Positions 23,601-38,600 of a stretch of DNA of 64,000 bases are shown here, piece by piece (position 1 is the first letter of the stretch; each line of letters begins with the position of its first letter). The stretch covers positions 2,666,001 through 2,730,000 of the forward strand of contig NC_081394.1 in NCBI RefSeq assembly GCF_030684315.1. Reading direction: 5' to 3'. A program made the position numbers and the translations under genes. The DNA is from Stegostoma tigrinum. Lineage: Eukaryota. The notes beneath the pieces were generated by a model. It made no database searches. It was not told the DNA's origin and was given only the letters and a program-made list of their open reading frames with translations.

Positions 23601-26600
23601 GGGAGAATGTGCAAACTTCACACAGACAGTTGCCCGAGGGAGGGATTGAACCCGGGTCCCTGGCGCCGTGAGGCTGCAGCGTTAACCACTGAGCCACCGT
23701 GAGACATTAATCGTGGCTGATCTCATCTCAGTCTCAACTGACCTTCCTGCCCACTTCCTTTCACACATTATTCATTGCAAAGTCGAACCCTCCTCTCCTG
23801 TTCAGGTCACTTCACTCAGTGGCAGTGAGCTCCACAGGTTCATGACCTTTCGAGAGAAGCAATTCTTCCTCATCTCTGCTTTAAATCTGCCTCCTCCCAA
23901 AATCCTGAAGCTCGGACCTCTCATTTTGGATTAACCCACCAGGATGCAGGGAACAATAGACAATAGACAATTGACAATAGGTGCTGGAGTAGGCCATTTG
24001 GCCCTTCGAGCCAGCACCACCATTCATTATAATCATGGCTGATCATCCACAATCAGTATCATGTTCCTGCCTTATCCCCATAACCCTTGATTCCACTATC
24101 TTTAAGACCTCTATCCATGTCTTTCTTGAAAGTATCCAGACAGTTGGCCTCCACTGCCTTCTGGGGCAGAGCATTCCACACATCCACCACTCTCTGGGTG
24201 AAGAAGATTTTCCTCAACTCCGTTCTAAATGGCCTACCCCTTATTTTTAAACTGTGTCGTTTGTTTCCAGACTCATCCATCCGCGGAAACATGCTTCCTG
24301 CCTCCCCAGTGTCCAATCCCTTAATAATCTTATACGTCTCAATGAGATCCCCTCTCATCCTTCTGAACCCAAGAGTATACAAGCCCAATCGCTCCAATCT
24401 TTCAACATATGATAGTCCTGCCATTCCGGGAATTGACCTCGTGAACCTACGCTGCACTCCCTCAAAAGCAAGAATGTCCTTCCTCAAATTTGGAGACCAA
24501 AACTGCACACAATACTCCAGGTGCGGCCTCACCAGGGCCCTGTGCAGCTGCAGAAGGGCCTCTTTGCTCCTATACTCAATTCCTCTTGTTATGAAGGCCA
24601 GCATGCCATTAGCTTTCTTCACTGCCTGCTGTACCTGCATGCTTGCTTTCATTGACTGATGTACAAGAACACCTAGATCTCATTGTGCCTCCCCTTTACC
24701 TAACTTGACTCCATTGAGATAGTAATCTGCCTTCCTGTTCTTGCCACCAAAGTGTATAACCGCACATTTATCCACATTAAACTGCATCTGCCATGCATCC
24801 ATCCACTCACCTAGCCTGTCCAAGCCACCCTGTATTCTAATAACATCCACCTCACATTTCACACTGCCACCCAGCTTTGTGTCATCAGCAAATTTGCTAA
24901 TATTACTTCTAATGCCTTCGTCTATATCATTAATATATATCGTAAACAGCTGCAGTCCCAGCACCGATCCTTGTGGTACCCCACTGGTCACTGCCTGCCA
25001 TTCCGAAAGGCACCCGTTTATCACTACTCTTTGCTTCCTATCAGTCAGCAATTTTCAATCCAACTCAGTATTATGCCCCCAATACCATGTGCCCTAATTT
25101 TGCTCACCAATCTCCTATGCGGGACTTTATCAAAAGCTTTCTGAAAGTCTAGGTACACTACATCCACTGGCTCTCCTTTATCCATCTTCATAGATACATC
25201 CTCAAAAAATTCCAAAAGATTAGTCAAGCACAATTTCCCCTTCGTAAATCCATGCTGACTCTGACCTGTCCTGTTACTGCTATCCAAATGATTCGTAATT
25301 TCATCTTTTATAATTAACTCCAGCATCTTTCCCACCACTGACGTCAGGCTAACCGGTCTGTAATTTCCTGTTTTCTCTCTCCCTCCTTTCTTGAAAAGTG
25401 GGACAACATTCGCCACCCTCCAATCCGCAGGAACTGATCCTGAATCTATAGAACTTTGGAAAATAATTACCAACGCATCCACAATTTCTAGAGCCACCTC
25501 CTTAAGTACCCTGGGATGCAGACCATCAGGTCTCGGGGACTTATCAGCCTTCAGACCTAACAGTCTGTCCAACATCATTTCCTGCCTAATATAAATTCCC
25601 TTCAGTTCGTCCATTACCCTCGGTCCTTCAGCCACTATTACATCTGGGAGATTGCTTGTGAAGACAGATCCAAAGTACCTATTCAACTCTTCTGCCATTT
25701 CCTTGTTCCCCATAATAAATTCACCCGTTTCTGACATCAAGGGCCCAATTTTAGTCGTAACCATTTTTTTTCTTTTCACATACCTAACAAAGCTTTTACT
25801 ATCCTCCTTTATATTCTTGGCCAGTTTTCCTTCATAGCTTATTTTTTCTCTGTGTATTGCCCTTTTAGTTATCCTCTGTTGCTCTTCAAAAGCTTCCCCG
25901 TCCTCCGGCTTCCCGCTCATCTTTGCTAATGTTATACTTCTTCTCTTTTATCTTATACAGTCCTTAACTTCCCTCGTCAGCCACGGCTGCCCCCGCCTCC
26001 CCTTAGGATCTTTCTTCCTCTTTGGTATGAACTGATCCTGCACCTTCTGCATTATATCCAGAAATACCTGCCGTTGTTCTACTGTCATCCCTGCTCGGGT
26101 ATTGAACCACTGAACTTTGGCCAGCTCCTCCCTCATAGCTCCATAGTTCCCTTTGTTCAACTGCAATACTGACACTTCCGATTCTCCCTTCTCCCTCTCA
26201 AACTGCAGATTAAAACTTATCATATTATGGTCACTACCCCCTAATGGCTCCTTTACTTTGAGGTCCCTGATCAAATCCGGTTCATTGCACAACACCAGAT
26301 GCAGAATTGCCTCCTCCCTGGTAGGCTCCAGTACAAGCTGTTCTAAGAATCCATCTTGGAGGCACTCCACAAACTCCCTTTCTTGGGGTCCAGTGCCATC
26401 CTGATTCTCCCAGTCTACCCACATGTTGAAATCTCCCATAACAACTGCAGTGATACCTTTGTGACAGGCCAATTTGAACTCTTGATTCAACCTGCACCCT
26501 TCCTCCTGACTACTGTTTGGGGGCCTGTAGATAACTCCCATTAGGGTCTTTCTACCCTTAGAATTTATCAGCTCTATCCATACTGACTCTACATCTCCTG

Positions 26601-29600
26601 ACTCTATGTCTCCCCTCGCAAGGGACCGAATATCATTCCTCACCAACAGGGACACCCCACCCCCTCTGCCCATCAGTCTGTCCTTTCGATAGCACCTATA
26701 GCCTTGAATATTCATTTGCCAGGCCCTGTCCACTTGAAGCCACGTCTCAGTTATCCCCACAACATCATACTTGTCAATTTCCAACTGAGCCTCAAGCTCA
26801 TCCACCTTATTTCTTTTGCTTTGTGCATTCATATATAATATTTTTAATTTGTTTCTCCCCTCACCCTTCCTATCAATCCCTATTTCACTTGGCCATACTG
26901 TACGATCCCTTCTTGAGTTTTCTGTTCCATTGATTCTTAACTTCTCTTATTCTCACTTTCCCTTTAACTTCATTCTTCAATTTCCAGATTGTTCACTCCC
27001 CCCGACTACTGAGTTTAAACACACCTGTGTTGCAGTGGCAAACCTGCCTGCCAGAATGCTGGTCCCCCGATTATTAAGATGCAAACCGTCCCTCCTGTAC
27101 AATTTATTCTTACCCCAAAACATATCCCAGTGATCCAAGAATTTAAATCCTTGCTTCCGACACCAGTCCCTCAGTCACACGTTCAAGTCCATTATCTCCC
27201 TGTTCCTGCCCTCTCCAGCCCGAGGAACTGGAAGCAAACCGGAGATAACCACCCTGGAAGTCCTGCTTTTCAGCCTTCTTCCGAAGTCCCGCTGTAGAAT
27301 GTCCCTCCTCTTCTTCCCGATGTCATTAGTGCCAACATGCACCATCACCTCTGGGTCTTCACATTCACCCTCGAGGATTCTCTGCGCTCTATCAGTGACG
27401 TCCTGGATCCTGGCACCAGGAAGGCAACACATCATCCTCAAATCTTGCCTTTTGCCGCAGCAACCCCTGTCAGTCCCTCTCACAATGGAGTCCCCTATTA
27501 CCACAGCTCTCCGTGATGTCTGACTTCTTGGCTCTGCCTCTACAGCAATTTTTGACTCGCAGATCTGTCCACCTCTCGGACTGGCAGTGTCGTCTATCTC
27601 GGCAGTTTCCAAGACAGTCAGCTTGTTTACAATAGGTGCTTCCCCTGGGGTCTCTTGTACTTCATTCATGTCTTCCTTTGTCATCGATATCCCCCTTCTC
27701 TCTTCAGGTATCCTCAGTGTAGTGACCTTGCTGAAGGTCCTGTCCAGAAAATTCTCATTCTCTCGGATGAGCCTGAGGTCTTCTAGTTCTTTCTTCAGGG
27801 CTGCAACATGCTCCTTCAGAAGCTGAATGTGTACACACTTACCACAGCTATAGGAGCCAGAAACATTATCAGTGTCCCTGACCTCCCACATCATGCTCGC
27901 AGCACACTGAATCAGCTTGGCAGTCATGTCTTCACCCTCTTCAACAATGGCGTAATCTCCTCACTGAGCCTCTTCGCCGAAAACTCGCACTTTACTCACC
28001 AGGCACTTCCCTCAGCCCTTGTGTGTTTGCTGTGAGTCTGTGGGCTCTTAATTAGGTTAGAGGAGGAGGGTGGGAGGGAGGCCCTACCGTGTAGGACCTG
28101 GGGCTGAGAACACACCTACTTAAATAGCACTCCGCTGCAAAAAGGACCCGCTGGCTTCGAGGTAAGGACTGAAATAGCACTCACTTACCTTCCCAACAAT
28201 CTCTTCCTAAAGTAGAGAGAAGTTCAACTTTGCCTATTGAGTGAGTAGACTTCTTCCTGATACCTGTGTGACATGCTTATTGGATTTTTAAATGCAGTTA
28301 AAATTGATTTAATTTGCTCGAGTCCATCTATTTGTAGATTCCAACTGAATATATTTAAAAATCTAAACAAAATGTCTTATTCATCTGGACTGAGACTGTT
28401 GGCAATCCTGGTCTCCCTGCTACAGGAAGGATGTTGTGAAACTTGAAAGGGTTCAGAAAAGATTTACAGGGATGTTGCCAGGGTTGGAGGGTTTGAGCTA
28501 CAGGGAGGGGCTGGATAGGCTGGGGCTATTTTCCCTAGAGCGTCGGGGGCTGAGGGGTGACCTTATAGAGGTTGATAAAAACATGAGGGGCATGGATAGG
28601 GTGAATAGACAAGGTCTTCCCCCCCAGGTAGGGGAGCCCAAAACTAGAGGGCATAGGTTTAAGGTGAGAGGGGAGAGATTTAAAAGGGACCTTTGGTATG
28701 GTTTAGAAGGGGTGGACACTAGGAAGTTGTTTCTGTTAGGCAGGGAGACTAGGACCCGTGGGCACAGCCTTAAAATTAGAGGGGGTAAATTTAAAACTGA
28801 AATGCAACAACATTTCTTCAGCCAGAGAGTGGTGGGCCTGTGGCATTCATTGCCATGGAGGGCAGTGGAGGCCGGGACGTTGGATGCCTTCAAGGCAGAG
28901 ATTGACAAATTCTTGATCTCAAAAGGAATCAAGGGCTACAGGGGGAGTGCAGGGAAGTGGTGTTGAAATGCCCATCAGCCATGATTTAAATGGCGGAGTG
29001 GATTTGATGGGCCGAATGGCCTTTCTTCCACTCCTATGTCTTATGGTCTTATGGGCCTGAGGGGCAACTTTTTCACACAGAGGGTGGTGCGTGTATGGAA
29101 CGAGCTGCCAGAGGAAGTGGTGGGGGCTGGTACAGTTACAGCATTTAAAAGGCATCTGGATGGGGACATGGATAGGACGGGGTGAGAGGGATATGGGTTG
29201 AATGCTGGCAAATGGGACTGGATTAATTTAAGATATCAGGGTCAGCACGGACAAGTTGGACCGAAAGGTCTGTTTCTGTGCTGTACAGCTCCATGACTCT
29301 GTGACGTGAAGCTTAAATGAACAGATTTGCAGGAACTTGGGTTCCTTTTAATTTTATTCAGCAAGGTCCATTGGGACGATTGGCTCAACATAAGTTGCCA
29401 TACAAATGCAATGTGTTGTAGTGCAGAAAGGGTGTTATTGGAGGATCCCTGAATCATGCGAGAATGGATCACATTTTGAGGAAGGCTGTGAGAGCTGAAT
29501 CATTTCCTTTCCTGCGACACTCTCTTCTGCAATCAGCGCACTATTTTATTCGAAGTGCCCTGGTGCTGCAGCCCATTCTACAGAGTCCAGGCTCTTTCTG

Positions 29601-32600
29601 GATCACTGATGGGAAACTGTCAGCCAAGTGAGTTCATTACAAACAAAACAATTACAAAAAAATAGCAGTTTACCAACAAACAGACGTCTGCAAATATATA
29701 CTACACATGCGGTGCCTCAGTGGTTAACACTGCTGCCCACGGTGCCAGGGACCTGGGTTCGATTCCACCCTCGGGTGACTGTCCGTGTGGGGATTGCACA
29801 TTCTCCCCGTGTCTGCGTGGGTTTCCTCCCACAGTCCAAAGACGTGCAGGTTAGGGTGGATTGGCTGTGCTAAATTACCCATAGTGCCCAGGGATGTGCG
29901 GGTTAGGGTGGATTGGCCGTGCTAAATTACCCATAGTACCCAGGGATGTGCAGGTTAGGGTGGATTGGCCATGCTAAATTACCCATAGTGCCCAGGGATG
30001 TGCGGGTTAGGGTGGATTGGCCGTGCTAAATTACCCATAGTGCCCAGGGATGTGCAAGTTAGGGGGATTGGCCGTGCTAAATTACCCATAGTGCCCAGGG
30101 ATGTGCAGGTTAGGGTGGATTGGCCGTGCTAAATTACCCATAGTGCCCAGGGATGTGTGGGTTAGGGTGGATTGACCGTGCTAAATTACCCATAGTGCCC
30201 AGGGAAGTGAGGGTTAGGGTGGATTGGCCTCCAACCATGTCATTGACCCGTCAACTACGCTGATTTCTACTGGACTGGGCCATGCCCCATGTAATAGTCA
30301 TAGAGTTATAGAGCTGTACAGTACGGAAACAGACCCTTCAGCCCAACACGTCCATGCTGACCAGATACCCTTATTAATCTAGTCCCATTTGCCAGCATTC
30401 AGCCCATATCCCTCTAAACCCTTCCTATCCATGTCCCCGTCCTGATGCTTTTTAAATGCTGTAACTGTACCAGCCCCCAACACTTCTTCTGGCAGCTCAT
30501 TCCATACACGCACCACCCTCTGTGTGAAAAAGTTGCCCCTCAGATCCCTTCCACGCCTTTTCACTCTCACCTTAAACCTACACTCCTCGAGCTTTGGGCT
30601 CCCCTACCCTGGGGAATAGATCTTGCCTAGTTATCCTACCCATGATTTTATAAACCTCTATAACCCCTCAGCCCCCGACGCTCCGGGGAAAATAGCCCCA
30701 GCCTATTCAGCCCCTCCCTGTAGCTCAAACCCTCCGACCCTGCCGAGAGCACGATGGGATGATCAGCGGATGGGCTGAGGAACGGCAGCTGGAGTTTAGT
30801 TTAGATAGGTGAGACGAGCTGCATTTTGTTTGGGCCAATCAGGCTGGACTTATACGCATAATCTTACACAGCTGCATCAGGTCCCTCTATTTTATTCGCG
30901 TATAATTCATAGATTAAAAATAACATTTTCTATACTTGCTAACCGTCTGACAACTTGCGGAAAGTGCACAGAATTGGATGACCTGTTCCATGAGACACCC
31001 TCCCACTTGCTGATGCTCATCAGAGTCACTCCTGCCTGGAGAGCTGTCTCATGCCATGCCACATTAGTAAGTCTGGCACTATCTGTACACCTCCATTGTA
31101 GTCCACCTGTGCCCACACACGGGTCATCCATGATGATGGGGCATCTTCCTGCCCAGTCTCCACTTTAGCCTCAAGCCCCAGGTCTCTGCAGCTTTTCAGC
31201 TCTGCACAAGCGAGCAGAAAGTCAATATTTTCGTACCTGACTGTCTCTCCTTACACCTCCTGCAATTTCAAGTGTTCTTTCCTTGGTCTTGAGGAAATGT
31301 GTGGAGGGCATGGAATTTCTAGCACACGCTCGCTTCCAAGTCATTTATCTCTAGGTTTCCGAAGCAGACATGAAATTGGATAGGGTACAGCAATGTCCTG
31401 GTTATAAGTCCGTACTCCTCTGTTGTTAACACATCTGCTGCCTCAGGCAGTTTGATTCTGATTTTATATAGAATCCTTGGGGCGTGGAAGCAGGCCATTC
31501 AGCCCCAATCCTGGCTGCCTCCTTTCGGGTATAGATTGGGTTATTGGCGGCTGTCTTTTTCCTAAGATGGGGATTTCAAGACGGGGGAGGGGGCTACATT
31601 TTCAAGGCGAGAAGAGAGAAATGTAAGAAAGACAGGAGGGGGCAATTTTTTTTACACAGAGGGTGGTTCGTGTGTGGAATGAACTTCCAAAGCAAGTGGT
31701 GGATACGGTTACAATATTTAAAAGACATTTGGATGAGTACACAAATAGGAACGGTTTGAAGGGATATGGGCCAGGAGGAGGCAGGGGCTGGCTTAGTTTG
31801 GGGTAATGGTCGGCATGGACTAGATGGGCCAAAAGGTCTGTTTCCATGCTCTAGGGCTCTATCGCTCATCGTGAAGACACGAATCTACTACTTTCTTCCA
31901 TTGTGACAGCACCCTCTTCAATCATTGCTGTGGGTCCTGCGGAGAAAAGGGCTCTGATGCCATGAATTATTTTCTTTGTAGATCGACCAGTCGTGACGAT
32001 AACGGGGTATGATGGGACCTGGAGTGTAAACACACACAATGTTACTGTTACATGTAGCACAGATGCCAATCCTGAACCAACTAATTACACCTGGAGAGGG
32101 TACGTTAGAAAGGAATTCGTTCGCTCAGACGTTCATGTTGTAGACTTTCTACGCTGTATGAATAATTGTGCATTGATATACTATTTGTGATACAGAAATG
32201 TAGAATATAGGATCACAGATAGGCCATTCGGCCCATCGAGCCTGCTTCACCATTCGATCATGTCTCTCATGTCTATCAACCCCATTCCCTTGTCTCCTCC
32301 CTCTAACTCTCCATCCCCTTGCTCATCTGTCATTGAGACCCTATCTATCTCTGTCTTACATACACTCAATGACCTACCCTCACCAGCTCCCCTCTGTAGG
32401 AATGTGTCCCACAGATTCACATCCCTTCGGCTGAAGAAATTCCTCTCCCATCTCAGCTCTAAAGGGTTGTCCCATCGCCCTGAGGCTGTGCCTGTCCCAG
32501 TCTCTCCCACTGGTGGAACCATCTTCTCCGTGTCCGCTCCATCCAGGCCCCTCAACATTTTCCGAGCTTCAATCAGATATGCTCCTCCTCCCTTTTAAAT

Positions 32601-35600
32601 TCCACAGAACCAGAGTCTTCAACCACTCCTCATGGGAGGAGCCCTTCATCCTGGAATCATTTTCATGAATCTCCTCTGAATCCTCTCCAAGGTCAGAACA
32701 TCCTTCCTTAGATAGGGTTCTGAAGAGCTGAAAGAGGCCATTCAGCCCCTTGCAACAATCCTTTGAAGGCCATCCCACCCAGATTCCGACCCTATCCCCA
32801 TAACCACACATTTCCCATAGCTAATCCACCTAGCCTGGATTACACATGCCTGGGCACTAAGGGTAATTTATCATGGCCAAACCGCCCTAACTTGTACATC
32901 TTTGGACTGTGGGAGGAAACCGGAGCACCCGGAGGAAACCCACGCAGACGCAGGGAGAATGTGCAAACTCCACACAGACTGTTCCCGAGGGTAGAATTGA
33001 ACCTGGGCCCCTGGGGCTATATAACAAAGATATGGAAATTAAAACTGCCCTCACTGTTCCAAACTCAGTCTGACCAGAGCCTTATACAGTACACCTCTGC
33101 TCCTGTAAACTAGCCCTCTTAAAATGAATGCTGACATTGCATTTTCCTTCCTAACTGCCAACTGAACCAACATGTTTAACCTTAAGAAATCCTGAAGTGG
33201 GACTCTCAAGTCCGTTCAGCCCTTAGATAATGACATAGTCAGCGTACGCTGCTGTCTCATCAAACCAGCCTCGACCAAGCAGTGTCTCAGACACAGAGCT
33301 TAACAGTTGAGTCAAGTTCTGCATCGGAAATCCTGGGATTAGTTTCCACTTTGGCTGAAGCTGGGAACGTAGTCATAGCCCCAGTGATAGTGAGTCCAGC
33401 AAGTCCACACTGAAACTCAGAGAATCCCACTCAGACCCGTCCCCCTAATCTACACATACCTGGACACTTTGGGCAATTTCCCATGGCCAACCCACCCTAA
33501 CTTGTACATCTTTGGACTGTGGGAGGAAACCAGAGCACCCGGAGGAAACCCGTGCAGGCACGGGGAGAATGTGCAAACTCCACACAGACAGTCGCCCGAG
33601 GGAGGGATCGAACCCACGTTTCTCATGCTGTGACGCAGCAGTGTTAACCACTGAGCCACCGTGGTACGCTTGCCTTTATTGGTCAGTACATTGAGCACAA
33701 GAATATAAGGAAATGGGGCAGGAGTGGTCTGGCCCCTCAAGCCTGCTCTGCCATCCAATAAGTGGACTCAGCTCGACTTACCAGCCCGTTCACTGGAACC
33801 CTTAATTCCTTTATTGTTCAAAAATCTGTCTTATAAACATTCAATAAGGTGGCCTCAACTGCTTCACTGGGCAGGGAATTCCTCAGATTGGGTGAGGACA
33901 TTCCTCAACTCAGGCCTGAGTCTGCTTCCTCTTGTTTTGAGGTTATACCCCTCGTTCTCATTTCATCTGCTAGTGTGCACAGCGTCCCTGCTTCTTTTCT
34001 CATCTATTCCCTTCTTAATTTTATGTGTTTCTATAAGATTCCTCATCATTCCTCAAAATTCCAACAAGAGTTGGGATGTCACATTGCGGGTCTACAGGGC
34101 ATTAGTGAGGCCACTTTTGGAATACTGCATTCAATTCTGGTCTCCCAGCTATGGGAAGGGTGTTGCAAAGCTTGATAATGTTCAGAAAAGATTTACAAGG
34201 ATGTTGGAGGGTTTGAGCTACAGGGAGGGGCTGAATGGTCTGGGGATATTTGCCCTGGAGTGACGGGGGCTGAGGGGTGACCTTTATCGAGGTTTATAAA
34301 ATCATGAGGGGCATGGACAGGTTAAACAGACAAAGTCTTTTCCCCCAGGGTAGGGGAGTCCAAAACTAGAGGGGCATAGGTTTAAGGTGAGAGGGGAAAT
34401 ATTTGAAAGAGATCTAAAGGGGAACTTTTTCACACAGAGGGTGGCGTATGTACAGAATGGGATGCCGGAGGGAGCAATGGAGACTGGTACAGTTACAGCA
34501 TGTAAATGGTCAGAAATTACACAACACCAGGTTTTAGTCCAGCACTCTTCAGGTGTTAGTGAGAGAGGGAGCATCAGACACAGGATCCATAAATAAAAGA
34601 TCACAGGGGCACACCACTGATGAGGATGTATTAAACAAACCTAAGATGCTGTTAAATTTTTCATCGGTTAGAAAGTTTTAATCGATTAATATGTGTATGT
34701 AAATCCCTGAATTTGTTTCGTGTCACTGCCCTGGGAGAATGAAAGGCTTTATCAGTGTGAAGAAGAGGTGACATTTTTGGTCAGAGAATGCATGTTAGGA
34801 TGTGAGGCCTTGTTTAGAATCTGTTTGTGTTTTGGTTTAGAGTCAGACTGGCTTTATTCCTAAAATAGGAATTTATAAAATGTCACATTGACCGACTGTA
34901 AGCAGATTCTAAACAAGGCCTCACACTCTAACATGCACTGTCTGACCTAAAACGTCACCTCTTCTTCACACTGATAAAACCTCTCGTTCTCTCAGGGCAG
35001 TGACATGAAGCAAATTCAGGGATTTACATACACATGTTAATCAATTAAAACTTACTGGCTGATGAAAGGTTTAATAACACCTTGGGTTTGTTTAATACAT
35101 CCTCATCAGTGGTGTGCCCCTTTGACCTTTTATATAAATGCTGTGTCTGATACCACTTCACTAACACCTGAAGGAGGAACGAGGCTTGTGTTTTCAAATG
35201 AACCTGTTGCCCTATAACCTGGTGTTGTGTGATTTCTGACCTTGTCCACCCCAGTCCGATACCCGCACTGCCACAGCATTTAAAAAGGCATCTGGGTGGG
35301 CACACGAATAGGAAGGGACTGGAGGGATATGCTGTCAAATGGGACTGGATTTATTTCGGATAACTGTTGGGTGCGGACGTATTGGACCAAAGGCTCTGTT
35401 TTCCATGCAGTGTGACTCTATGACTGTAAATGTGGGTTTGCTGCAACTATTTTCTGTTGTAATTTGCAAGGTTACCAGAAGGAGTGGAGATCAAAAATGC
35501 ACAGGTGTTCATCGGGGAGGAGAGCGCTCTGGAAAATGGCAACTGGACATGTGAAGCTGCCAACACAGTTGGGATAGGAGTGGGCCGTGTGGAAGTTGTG

Positions 35601-38600
35601 CTAGGATCGAGCAATTCCTCAGGTACACCGTACAGTGATCTCACATACAGCATCAGTGGCCATTCACTCTGCTAACCATGAGGGATTGTGGTCAGCGATG
35701 GGTAATAGGTCGAACAAGAATTGGTGCATTTGGTCAAAAGGAGAAGAGGATGGAATTAAAAGTCAGACTCGACACTGAGCAGGGGGAGTCCCAGGTACCA
35801 ACGGTTTACTTCCATGCCTGTGGGCAGGGGCTCAGAGCCAAGCTGCAAACAGCAGTGACTTTTATTCACAAAATACTGCCACCCGTCCTATTCCTGGAGA
35901 GCAATGGACCTGTCACTAACTTAGCATTCAGAGAACGTGTGTCACTTACTAAGCAAATCTTCCAAATCTGGCTGTTTAGGAATCCAAACCAACTTTAACA
36001 ATGCAACCTTCCCACAAGTCAGCAGATTCAAAGCGAAATCTGTGCTGCCTGAAAGCAGCTGAAAGTTAATGTGGGAGACAGTAGGAACTGCAGATGCTGG
36101 AGTCTGAGATAACAAGGTGTGGAGCTGGATGAACACAGCAGGCCCAGCAGCATCAGAGGAGCAGGAAAGCTGACATTTCAGGTTGAGAGTGATAATGGGA
36201 ACTGCAGATGTAGGAGAATCCAAGACAACAAAGTGTGAAGCTGGATGAACACAGCAGGCCAAGCAGCATCTCAGGACCCTTCTTCAGAAATGGCCCAGAC
36301 CTGAAACTTCAGTCTTCCTGCTCCTAAGATGCTGCTTGGCCTGCTGTGTTCATCCAGCTCTACACCTTGTTATCTTGAATGTTAATGTGTTTTCCTGACA
36401 GGACTGTACTGTGGTTTAAAGGCTTCGCTATCTAATTAGCTACCATGAAATAGTGTATAATATCCTAAGGATGAGAACTCCAAACCCCAACCCCTCCCTC
36501 AGGGGTTTGACCTCAAGTTACCCCAATGAGTGTCCAGGTCTTCAACAAGAACTGGCCGAATTTTGCTTTCTGACCTGCGGCTGTCTGGTGACCTTCTGTT
36601 ATCTTTTGGGGTTTTCTGCACCTTATCTCCAAAACTCACAGACTCGGGGATTCCTTTTTCCTCATTAGAACTGTGATGGAATACTCATTTCCTACTCTGA
36701 GACATCAATCCTAAGTGTGAGCACAGTTTTCTCCACACTTTGGGCTCTTCCTGCATTAACCCTCGCCATGCTGAATAATACTGGGCTGTTCATAGAGGAG
36801 ACAGACAGGTTAAAGAGGCAGGGATGGAGCCAGTAGAGGTGAGTGTCGGTGGGGAGGGGATAGGTCAGTCCGGGGAGGTCAAGGGGGCAGGATGAGATTA
36901 GTAGGTAGGAAGTGGAGGTGTGGCTTGAGATGGGAGGAGGGGACAGGTGAGGAGAAGAACGGGTTAGGAAGGCGGGGACAGGCTGGTCTGGTTTTGGGAT
37001 GCGTTAGAGGGAGGGGGGATTTTGAAGCTTGTGAAGTCCACATTGATACCATTGTGGCTGATGAGTTAACCTTGGGATGTCTGGGGATGATGGCGGGCCT
37101 CCTTCATGCCTGGAAACAAAGCAAAGCATTGCAGACCTCATCGAATGTGACAGATCCATTAATAACAGAAGGGCCATGCTGATTTGTAACCCAAAGCCTT
37201 GCTCACTCTCCATTCCCTTGCTGTTTTAAAAGGTCATACCTATATTGTGCTCACCATTTCATGTGTGGTCGTGGCACTGCTGATCGTAGCTCCAGTGGCA
37301 TTGCTCATTGTCCTACAAATCAAGAAACAACGCAATTCAGCAGGTAAATAATTTGAAACTAAAAGTAGAAGTTTTTTCCTGGACAACAATAGGTATTTCA
37401 ACACATTGCAGCTGTTCGATAATGCATCATTCCATCTTTCATAGGTGACTGTCTATTTACGCAGTCATGGTCCTGATAATTAGCTGCAGGATGGCTCAGC
37501 GGTCGGCACTGCTGCCTCACAGCGCCAGGGGACCGCGTTCGATCCAAACCACGGGCGACTATCTGTGTGGAGTTTGCACATTCTCCCTGTTTCTGCCAGG
37601 TGCTCTGGTTTCCTCCCACAGTCTAAAGATGCGCAGGTTGGGGTGGATTGGCCATGCTAAATTACCCATAGTGCCCAGGGATGTGCAGGTTAGGGTGGAT
37701 TGGCCATGATAAATTACCCATAGTGCCCAGGGATGTGCAGGTTAGTGTGGATCGGCCATGATAAATTACCCATAATGCTCAGGGATGTGCAGATTAGCGT
37801 GGATTGGCCGTGCTAAATTACCCATAGTGCCCAGGGATGTGTAGATTAGGTGGGTTATAGGGGGATGGGTCTGGATGGGATGCTCTGAGGGTCGGTGCAG
37901 ACGTGTTGGGCCGAAGGGCCTGTTTCGATGCTGTAAAGATTCTATTCTATGATCTATTTTCCTGGATAGCTGCAGGTAATTCAACACATTACAGATGTTC
38001 GATAACGAATCATTCCACCTTTTATGGGTAACACATATTCCGCCTGGGAACCCTGCAGCCATATGGTATCAATGTGGACTTCACCAGTTTCAAAATCTCC
38101 CCTTCTCCTACTGCATCCCTAAACCAGCCCAGTTCGTCCCCTCCCCCCACTGCACCACACAACCAGCCCAGCTCTCCCCCCTACCCACTGCATCCCAAAA
38201 CCAGTCCAACCTGTCTCTGCCTCCCTAACCGGTTCTTCCTCTCACCCATCCCTTCCTCCCACCCCAAGCCGCACCCCCAGCTACCTACTAACCTCATCCC
38301 ACCTCCTTGACCTGTCCGTCTTCCCTGGACTGACCTATCCCCTCCCTACCTCCCCACCTACACTTTCTCCACCTATCTTCTTTACTCTCCATCTTCGGTC
38401 CGCCTCCCCCTCTCTCCCTATTTATTCCAGTTCCCTCTCCCCATCCCCCTCTCTGATGAAGGGTCTAGGCCCGAAACGTCAGCTTTTGTGCTCCTGAGAT
38501 GCTGCTTGGCCTGCTGTGTTCATCCAGCCTCACATCTTATTTTCATGGGTAACTGTCTATTTATGGTGCCATTGTTCCAATAATTAGTTGCGGGGTGACA

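Noticed and set aside
29843-30229. Regular repeat arrays (also 50270-50905) resembling CRISPR
   Set aside because: Head-to-tail 52-bp units with no unique spacers, inside SINEs, in a vertebrate genome; no cas genes
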